From Nitratidesulfovibrio vulgaris str. Hildenborough (GTDB taxonomy: Bacteria; Desulfobacterota; Desulfovibrionia; Desulfovibrionales; Desulfovibrionaceae), in assembly GCF_000195755.1 (NCBI RefSeq), contig NC_002937.3, positions 2,970,001-3,002,000 on the forward strand: a stretch of 32,000 nucleotides of DNA, written 5' to 3'. Both the position numbers and the translations under genes were made by a program. Numbering within the stretch: the stretch's first letter is position 1; the number at the start of each line of letters is the position of its first letter. The notes beneath the pieces are model-generated. The model made no database searches. It was not told where the DNA came from and worked only from the letters and a program-made list of their open reading frames with translations. Shown here piece by piece: positions 25,616 through 32,000 of this stretch.

Positions 25616-26605
25616 ATGCCCGACAGACATCCCATCGTCTCCGGTGTCTTCTACCCCGGCACCTCGCGCTCCCTGCGCCATGCCGTCGACGCCTTGCTGC
25701 GCACGCCACCGCTGCCCGTGCCGGAACCCGTGTTGCAGGCCATGGCCGACGCCACCCGGCAGGAGGCGCATCCCGCCGTATGTGACGGGCCCGATGTGTC
25801 GTCCGACGCGACCTCCGGCCTGACACCCGGCGTCGCACAGGGCGCGGCGCCCAAGCCCCCGGCCCCCGCCTCCGTCACGACAGACGCCCTGCTGGTCATG
25901 CTGCCGCACGCCGGCTACGTCTATTCCGGGCGTGTGGCGGGCCGCACGCTTTCGCAAGTGCGGCTTGCCCCGGTGGTCTTCATGCTCGGTCCCAACCATA
26001 CGGGAAGAGGCGCACCACTGGCCGTGTGGCCCGAAGGCGACTGGCTCACGCCACTGGGTTCCGTGCCCGTGCATGAACGTGCCGCGGCGGCGCTTCTCGA
26101 CAAAGACGGCGGATACACTGCGAACAGGACGGCCCATGAAGGCGAACACTCGCTCGAAGTGCTGCTGCCTCTGCTACAGGTGCGTCATCCGGCGCTCTCC
26201 ATCATCCCCGTCGCCGTCTCCGAACAGGATGCGGGCGCATTGCAGCGGGCCGGGGCATCCCTTGCCCGCACCATGCAGGAACTGGCGGCAGCAGGGGTGC
26301 CAAGCTCCATCGTGCTCAGTTCCGACATGAGCCATTACGTCACCCGGACACAGGCCGAAGAACGCGACGCGCTTGCCCTTGGTCGCATGGCAGCCCTCGA
26401 CCCCGAGGGCCTGTACGCCACCGTGCGGCACAACCGCATCACCATGTGCGGCGTGCTGCCCGCCGTGGTGGCCCTGCACGCCTGCCGCGCCCTTGGCGCA
26501 GAATCGGCCTGTCTTGCCGCCTACGACACCTCGGCCTCGGCAAGCGGCGACCACGAGAGGGTGGTCGGCTACGCGGGCATGGTGGCGAAACGGCCCGCCG
26601 CTTGA
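25616..26605 (+). CDS. Memo-like protein (AmmeMemoRadiSam system protein B family)
   Basis: Motifs are PIVSGVFYPG, LPHAGYVYSG, GPNHTG, EHSLEV.LP.LQ, SSDMSHY and ITMCG, in Memo/AmmeMemoRadiSam-B order. An additional P/A-rich insert lies at about nt 25700-25888. Confidence 0.82.
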   Translation: MPDRHPIVSGVFYPGTSRSLRHAVDALLRTPPLPVPEPVLQAMADATRQEAHPAVCDGPDVSSDATSGLTPGVAQGAAPKPPAPASVTTDALLVMLPHAGYVYSGRVAGRTLSQVRLAPVVFMLGPNHTGRGAPLAVWPEGDWLTPLGSVPVHERAAAALLDKDGGYTANRTAHEGEHSLEVLLPLLQVRHPALSIIPVAVSEQDAGALQRAGASLARTMQELAAAGVPSSIVLSSDMSHYVTRTQAEERDALALGRMAALDPEGLYATVRHNRITMCGVLPAVVALHACRALGAESACLAAYDTSASASGDHERVVGYAGMVAKRPAA

Positions 26606-26735
26606 ACAGCCGCCCACAGGGTGATATGGACGCACCGCACCCGCGTGCAGTGCCACCGGGGTGCGTTCCGCGTTCGCCATGACATGGGCGGACGCCAGCC
26701 CCTGCCCCGCCCGACGGCGGGCCTCCGGAGCGGAG

Positions 26736-27737
26736 ATGAGCGAGAACTTTCTTCTGGAAGAAGCGACCCCAGGCCCCCAGTGGGACGCCTTCGTCGAAGC
26801 GTCGCACACGGGAACCCTGTTCTCCCTCTCGTCGTACCTCGCAGCCATACGCCAGCCATCGCGCCTCTTCTGGTGCATGCGCGGCAAGGAGCGCCGGGCC
26901 GCCGTCGCCGTCATGGAGAACGAAGACGGCACGGCAGCGCTGCTGCATGACTTCGTCATCCACAACGGCATCATCTTCGGGCCTGTGGCCAACAAGCAGA
27001 ACAGGTCGCAGGTCCTCTCGGAGCAGTTCGAGATTTCCGAAGCCGTGGCAGCGCAGCTTTCGCGCCGCTACGAGAAGGTCGAACTGGCACTCGCCCCGCA
27101 GTTCACCGACATCCGGGCCTTCCTGTGGCACAACTACGGCGAGGACGGCCCGCACTACACGGCAGACGTGCGCTACACCGCCTACGCCGACCTTGCGGGA
27201 TTCGCGGAGGCGACTGTCCCCGAGGACATCCCCCTCTTCGCCGAGATTTCGTATTCACGCAGGCAAGAGGTGCGCAAAGCCGCCAAGAGCGGCGTCCCCA
27301 CCGTGGAAAGCGACGACGCCGCAGCCCTCGCGGCCTTCTACGCCATGACCATGGGACGGCAAGGCATCACCCCGGAGCAGGAGAAGCTCGACGAACTGCG
27401 CGACCTGACCGCGGCCCTGCTCACCAGCGGGACGGGACGCCTCTTCGTCACCAGCACCCCCGCCGGGGAACCTGCGGCCATGGCGCTCTTCGGTACGGAC
27501 AGCAAACGGGCCTACTACCTCTTCGGCGCTGGCGACCCGGCCCACCGCAACACCCCCTGCGGCACCGCCGTCCTGTGGGAGGGCTTCACCGCCCTCGCCC
27601 GTGCGGGCGTGACCACCGTTGACCTCGAAGGGGTCAACAGCCCCCGGCGCGGCTGGTTCAAGCTGAGTTTCGGGGCCGAGATACTGCCCTACTACCAACT
27701 CACCAAGGATGGCGTCGACGGGGAGTCACGAGCCTAG
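26736..27737 (+). CDS. FemAB-like / BioF2-like GNAT-fold acyltransferase (peptidoglycan-bridge-type transferase family)
   Basis: It has SYSRRQEVRKAAKSGV, the 'rrnirkAek.gv' motif typical of the FemAB family. It also has RAYYLFGAGDPAHRNTPCGTAVLWEGFTALARAGVTTVDLEGVN....GWFKLSFGAE. GGAG lies upstream of ATG 26736. Confidence 0.55.
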   Translation: MSENFLLEEATPGPQWDAFVEASHTGTLFSLSSYLAAIRQPSRLFWCMRGKERRAAVAVMENEDGTAALLHDFVIHNGIIFGPVANKQNRSQVLSEQFEISEAVAAQLSRRYEKVELALAPQFTDIRAFLWHNYGEDGPHYTADVRYTAYADLAGFAEATVPEDIPLFAEISYSRRQEVRKAAKSGVPTVESDDAAALAAFYAMTMGRQGITPEQEKLDELRDLTAALLTSGTGRLFVTSTPAGEPAAMALFGTDSKRAYYLFGAGDPAHRNTPCGTAVLWEGFTALARAGVTTVDLEGVNSPRRGWFKLSFGAEILPYYQLTKDGVDGESRA

Positions 27738-28121
27738 CAGGACTGCTGCCACTGCCTGTTCCCGCGTTGGATGGCGAGCATCGCACCCCGCATGCGGCAT
27801 CGCCCCATGTGTCATGCCCCGGTGAAGCCAACGCTGCACAGGTGTGGGAACGCCATGGGGCATCCCTCATGCATGCGAAGCCCTTGAACACAGCGAGTAG
27901 GCCACCCCGTCGACCGGGCGTCCGCCAGTGTACGCCGCCGCGCATCCGTGCACTGAGGCATCTGCGGCAGGGGAGACCTCACGTCGTGCGTGGCGGCCTC
28001 ACGCAGCCGCCAAGTCATCCGTGCCCGCCACGCCGTTGCAACCCGACCGGGGCGCGGTACTCCACGTCGCCCATGACGCCACGCGCCCGCCAGTGCGCGG
28101 CACATCTCATCACGCGTCGCG

Positions 28122-28982
28122 TCACACCAGCTGCAGGTAGCCTATGAAGTTGCCGACGCCGCCATGGCGGCAGGCGATGTACCGGCGGGCATAGTCCTCA
28201 TAGGTCATGGGGCGCCCGTAGATGTTGTAGCGCGTTCCGGCGTCGCCGAAGGCCAGCCCGTGAAAGGCCGCCACCTGCGGATGGATGGGGAGTTCGAAGT
28301 CGTCATAGGGCATGGTGAAGGCGGCACGCACCTCCGCGGGCACCGGGGTCATGCCCAGCGCGGCAAGAACGCCGTCGGCCACATGCAGCAGCAGACGGCA
28401 ACCGGGATGGTTGATGGTGGCGAACATCCGTTCCGTGCGCCAGTGCTCAAGCACCAGCGGCACGGTCTGCACCACGGTGTTGCCCTCCTTGCCCCGTTCC
28501 ACGTCAAGCGACGCCTCCAGCAGGGCGGCGAGGTCGTACTTGGCGGCGAGGTCGCCTTTGAGGCACACATGCAGGGCCTCCGCCTCGGAAAGCCCCATGT
28601 CCACGAGATGGTCGAGGAAGCTGTCCCCGAAATCCATGGTGCTGCGGTTCGTCCAGAAGGGCCAGTAGCCCTTGAACAGCATGTTGGGGATGCACAGCCG
28701 CACCGCCTCGCCGGGAACACGCGCCAGAAGCCTGTCGGAGGCGTGGTCGTCCCACTTCTCGCCCAGATGCTGGTAGATGAAGAGTCGGCAGCGGCCCATG
28801 TCCTCTTCGGCGATGGGTTCGCGCTCGTAGTTGGTGTAGCGGCGCACCTCGAAGGCACCGCCGAACACCGGGTGAGCAGCCAGAAGGCCAGCCAGCGGGT
28901 CGCCCTGACAGTTGGCGTGGATGATACAGAGAGGGCGGCAGGATGGATGCAGGGTCGGGGGCATGGGCTTTCGGTACTCCAT
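28122..28982 (-). CDS. Hypothetical protein, possibly WcbI-like (putative polysaccharide-modifying acetyltransferase family)
   Basis: The reading frame is clean and of normal composition, whereas the + strand shadow ORF is R/G/H-rich. The N-terminal IIHANCQG and central ATINHPGCRLLLHVADGVLAALG resemble what I recall of WcbI-family proteins. That assignment comes from memory only. Confidence 0.4.
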   Translation of the reverse strand: MEYRKPMPPTLHPSCRPLCIIHANCQGDPLAGLLAAHPVFGGAFEVRRYTNYEREPIAEEDMGRCRLFIYQHLGEKWDDHASDRLLARVPGEAVRLCIPNMLFKGYWPFWTNRSTMDFGDSFLDHLVDMGLSEAEALHVCLKGDLAAKYDLAALLEASLDVERGKEGNTVVQTVPLVLEHWRTERMFATINHPGCRLLLHVADGVLAALGMTPVPAEVRAAFTMPYDDFELPIHPQVAAFHGLAFGDAGTRYNIYGRPMTYEDYARRYIACRHGGVGNFIGYLQLV

Positions 28983-29179
28983 GGGCGTGATGCGGGCGCG
29001 GTGGCGGTATGGGCGGTGACGCCGGGGCCGCGGGCCGCAGGCCTTGCGTACCCTACGGGCCTGTATCCTGATGGCATAACCCAGACGGCGTTACACGGCT
29101 TTTCTTTACATCGACCCGCTGTTGTGGAAGAGTATCGTGTGGGCGTACGCCCGACAACCCCGAGCCTCATCGACAAGCC

Positions 29180-30379
29180 ATGCAACGAGCCTTCCGCGCA
29201 CGACGCATCATCCCCCTCGCCGGAGAGGGGCCGTCAAGAACCGCGCGAGAACTGTTCTCTCCGCCCCGCGTACACGACGACGCCGTCATCGTGACCCGGG
29301 GCGGTTTCGTGGAAGCCGTCGAACCCTATGGGCACTTCCGTCGCAGGGCCGCCACCCCGCTCACCGACATGGGCGAGGTCACCCTCGTTCCCGGTCTGGT
29401 CAACGCCCACGGGCACCTCGAACTCGCCCACCTGACAGGCAGCACCGTACAGGGTGCGGGCTTCGTACCGTGGGTGCGCAGTCTGCTTCCTCTCGCAACG
29501 CATCCTCTCACACAGGACGCGCTCGATGCCGCCGTGCGGCAACTTGCAGATTGCGGCACGGCCCATGTGGGCGACGTGGGCAACAGGGCCACACCGCAGG
29601 TGGCAGCCGCCCTTGCCGCTGCGGACATAGGGGCCACGCTCTTCTGCGAATGCTTCGGCTACACACTGCCCGACCCGCCCGTGAGCGACGCCCTGTGGCC
29701 CGACAGCGCGCGTGCCCTGCCGCCCGACGTCTTCATGCGACAGGCGGCACTGGCCGGACACGCCCTCTTCTCGACGCACCCGGTCACCCTCGCCGTGGCC
29801 AAGCGATGGTGCTCGCGCAATGGTCGCCCCTTCTCCATCCATCTGGCGGAACATCCCGACGAGGTGGAGTTCCTGACCACGGGCAAGGGTGCCCTCGCCG
29901 ACATGCTGGCCGTGCGCGTGCTGCCCGAAGGTTTCGAGGCCCCCGGCGTGCCCCCGGTGCGCTACGCCGCCGAACTGGGTCTGCTCGACGAACAGACCGT
30001 GGCCGTACATTGCACCCAGTGCACCGCCGATGACGCGGCCCTGCTCGCCGCCTCGGGCACGTGGGCCTGCCTGTGCCCGCGCTCCAACGCCGTCATCGGT
30101 GAGGGCGCACCGCCCGTGCGCCAGCTCATCGAAGCCGGAGTGGGCCTCTGCTGCGGCACGGACAGCCTCGCCTCGAACCACGACCTCGACCTGTGGAACG
30201 AGGTACGCACGTTGCGCGACATGGCGGCCCTGCCCGCCGCCGCGCCCCTGCGCATGGCCACCGTCAACGGCGCCGCGGCGCTCGGACTCGCCCACCTCGG
30301 CACGCTCGAACCCGGCAGACGCGCGGCCTTCGCCCTCCTGCCCGACGACCTTTCCCGGGACATCCCGGCAACCGCATAA
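29180..30379 (+). CDS. Metal-dependent amidohydrolase-superfamily protein (deaminase/chlorohydrolase-like)
   Basis: It has the HxH motif [10 protein letters not shown], then SIHLAEH, AVHCTQ and [10 protein letters not shown], the usual metal ligands of subtype III amidohydrolases. It ends 13 nt before pyrB. Confidence 0.8.
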   Translation: MQRAFRARRIIPLAGEGPSRTARELFSPPRVHDDAVIVTRGGFVEAVEPYGHFRRRAATPLTDMGEVTLVPGLVNAHGHLELAHLTGSTVQGAGFVPWVRSLLPLATHPLTQDALDAAVRQLADCGTAHVGDVGNRATPQVAAALAAADIGATLFCECFGYTLPDPPVSDALWPDSARALPPDVFMRQAALAGHALFSTHPVTLAVAKRWCSRNGRPFSIHLAEHPDEVEFLTTGKGALADMLAVRVLPEGFEAPGVPPVRYAAELGLLDEQTVAVHCTQCTADDAALLAASGTWACLCPRSNAVIGEGAPPVRQLIEAGVGLCCGTDSLASNHDLDLWNEVRTLRDMAALPAAAPLRMATVNGAAALGLAHLGTLEPGRRAAFALLPDDLSRDIPATA

Positions 30380-30392
30380 CCCAGTGGACACC

Positions 30393-31346
30393 ATGCAGAA
30401 CGAGACCCGTAGCCTATGGCCCCACAAGGACCTGCTGGACGTGGACCAGCTCTCGAAGGACGAGCTTCTCCACCTCCTCGACACGGCGGCACAGTTCCAC
30501 GAGATCAACCGCCGTCCGGTCAAGAAGGTGCCCACACTCAAGGGCAAGAGCGTCATCCTCTTCTTCGCCGAACCCAGCACACGCACCAAGACCTCGTTCG
30601 ACGTGGCGGGCAAGCGTCTGTCGGCCGACACCTTCTCGCTCGCCAAGAGCGGGTCGAGCCTCCAGAAGGGCGAGAGCCTGAAGGACACGGCGCTCACGCT
30701 CGAAGCCATGAACCCCGACGTGCTGGTCATCCGCCACTCGTCCAGCGGGGCGGCGCGCTTTCTCGCCGAACGGCTGGCCTGCGGCGTGGTCAACGCGGGC
30801 GACGGCTGGCACGCACACCCCACACAGGCGCTGCTCGACTGCTATTCGCTGCGTCAGGTATGGGGCGACACCTTCGAGGGACGCACGCTGTGCATCCTCG
30901 GCGACATCGCCCATAGCCGCGTGGCACGATCCAACGTGAAGCTGCTCACCTCGCTGGGTGTGCGCGTGCGACTGTGCGCCCCGCGCACCCTTCTGCCCGC
31001 GGGCGTGGGCAACTGGCCCGTGGAGGTGTTCACCGACCTCGATGCCGCCGTGCGCGACGCCGACGCGGTCATGTGCCTGCGCCTGCAACTGGAACGCCAG
31101 CAGGCGGGACTTCTGCCCGACCTGCGCGAATACTCCAACCGCTACTGCCTCACCCCGCGCCGCCTCGAACTGGCGAAGCCGGAGGCCAAGGTGCTGCACC
31201 CCGGCCCCATGAATCGCGGACTCGAAATCGCCTCGTCCATCGCAGACGCCCCCGCCAGCCTCGTCCTCGACCAGGTCGCCGCCGGGGTCGCCACGCGCAT
31301 GGCCATCCTCTTCCTTCTCGCAACCCGAACGGACGGAGGCCGCTGA
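30393..31346 (+). CDS. pyrB: Aspartate carbamoyltransferase catalytic subunit
   Basis: Motifs are [12 protein letters not shown] (carbamoyl-phosphate site), HPTQALLD and HPGPMNRG. The start at ATG 30393 gives [15 protein letters not shown]. The ORF-track start at 29889 is an upstream in-frame extension. Confidence 0.95.
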   Translation: MQNETRSLWPHKDLLDVDQLSKDELLHLLDTAAQFHEINRRPVKKVPTLKGKSVILFFAEPSTRTKTSFDVAGKRLSADTFSLAKSGSSLQKGESLKDTALTLEAMNPDVLVIRHSSSGAARFLAERLACGVVNAGDGWHAHPTQALLDCYSLRQVWGDTFEGRTLCILGDIAHSRVARSNVKLLTSLGVRVRLCAPRTLLPAGVGNWPVEVFTDLDAAVRDADAVMCLRLQLERQQAGLLPDLREYSNRYCLTPRRLELAKPEAKVLHPGPMNRGLEIASSIADAPASLVLDQVAAGVATRMAILFLLATRTDGGR

Positions 31347-32000
31347 TGTCCGACATCCTCTTCCTGCGTAACGCCCGCCTGCTGGGCACCCCCGTCGACC
31401 TCATCGCAAGGGATGGCGTCATTGCCGCCATCGGCGAGCACGGCACCCTCGACACCCCCGCCGACGCCACCGTCCATGACGCCGGGGGGCACATCCTCTT
31501 TCCCAGCTTCATCGACGCGCACGTCCACCTGCGCGAACCCGGCTTCGAGTACAAGGAGGACATCGCCTCCGGCCTCGCCGCAGCAGCCCACGGCGGCTTC
31601 GGTGCGGTGATGTGCATGGCCAACACCAGGCCCGTGAACGACGATGCCGCCGTCACGCGCCACATCATCGAGACGTCCCTGCGCCACTGGCCCCACGGGC
31701 CGCGCGTGTACCCGGTGGGAGCAGCCACCGTGGGCCTCAAGGGTACGGAACTCGCACCCATGGCCGAACTCGCCGCCGCGGGCTGCGCCGCCTTCTCCAA
31801 CGACGGTGCACCGGTGCCCGACACCGAGATGTTCCGCCGTGCCGTGGAGTACGCCGCCGACCTCGGCCGCGTGGTCATCGACCACTGCGAAGACCCCTAT
31901 CTGGCCAAGGGCGCGCACATGAACGAAGGGGCCACCAGCGGGCGCGTGGGCGTCAAGGGCCAGCCCGACGTGGGCGAGGCGCTGCACGTGGCGCGCGACA
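31346..32000 (+). CDS. pyrC: Dihydroorotase (class I), 5' part; continues past the right edge
   Basis: Translated by hand: [32 protein letters not shown]...HILFPSFIDAHVHLREPGFEYKEDIASGLAAAAHGGFGAVMCMANTRPVND. It overlaps the pyrB stop (TGATG). It is missing from the ORF track because no stop lies in the window. Confidence 0.9.
   Translation, partial: MSDILFLRNARLLGTPVDLIARDGVIAAIGEHGTLDTPADATVHDAGGHILFPSFIDAHVHLREPGFEYKEDIASGLAAAAHGGFGAVMCMANTRPVNDDAAVTRHIIETSLRHWPHGPRVYPVGAATVGLKGTELAPMAELAAAGCAAFSNDGAPVPDTEMFRRAVEYAADLGRVVIDHCEDPYLAKGAHMNEGATSGRVGVKGQPDVGEALHVARD

Noticed and set aside
29141-29152. Perfect 12-bp palindrome GGGCGTACGCCC in the divergent promoter region between the WcbI-like and amidohydrolase genes
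   Set aside because: Several 12-bp palindromes are expected by chance in 32 kb of GC-rich DNA. There is no second copy and no known regulator motif that I can link to it.
28164-30823. ORFs 28164..29294 (+, 376 aa) and 29234..30823 (-, 529 aa)
   Set aside because: They are antisense shadows of the WcbI-like gene and of the amidohydrolase/pyrB genes respectively. The chosen frames have normal composition and catalytic motifs.
1-32000. CRISPR arrays, rRNA genes, IS elements/transposases, integrase, toxin-antitoxin pairs and known defence systems
   Set aside because: There is no spaced direct-repeat array, no rRNA-like conserved blocks, no DDE/serine/tyrosine recombinase motifs in any plausible frame, and no small paired ORFs of TA type. 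Their absence is based on visual and motif inspection only.

Overview
This is a high-GC window whose gene content looks Desulfovibrionaceae-like (organism guess is inference only). Family calls rest on motifs read from the translated ORFs; no database search was run. Positions 1-7657 are the end of a prophage or phage-derived island, with every gene on the minus strand. In transcription order they are a D5/P4-type SF3 helicase, a Zn-ribbon/TOPRIM primase, a ParB-domain::DNA methyltransferase fusion, a putative small terminase, and a lambda GpA-type large terminase that runs off the left edge and is absent from the ORF track. The island abuts the 3' end of tRNA-Arg(UCU) at 7658-7734, across about 0.5 kb with no convincing ORF and no adjacent integrase. 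The rest looks chromosomal:
- folC, which carries an in-frame 8 x 15-bp pentapeptide repeat
- selA, an M18 aminopeptidase, Fe-ADH, an AraC regulator and an EamA transporter
- a bioY + ECF-type ATPase pair with no T component, lying divergently from a methyltransferase-nikR-folE2 operon
- a minimal flagellar-rod-family protein, a sigma-54 activator with no sensory domain and a GAFTHA loop, and a 1071-aa AMIN/Pro-Ala-rich/TPR envelope protein
- an orphan Memo-type (AmmeMemoRadiSam B) gene, a FemAB-like acyltransferase, and a convergent WcbI-like gene
- an amidohydrolase-pyrB-pyrC operon, with pyrC running off the right edge

No CRISPR array, rRNA or transposase was seen. Many long ORFs in the track are antisense shadow ORFs typical of high-GC DNA and were rejected. 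No single locus stands out as clearly novel; the best candidates are the prophage replication/methylase module next to the tRNA, the nikR-folE2/bioY locus and the rod-like/EBP/AMIN-TPR trio.
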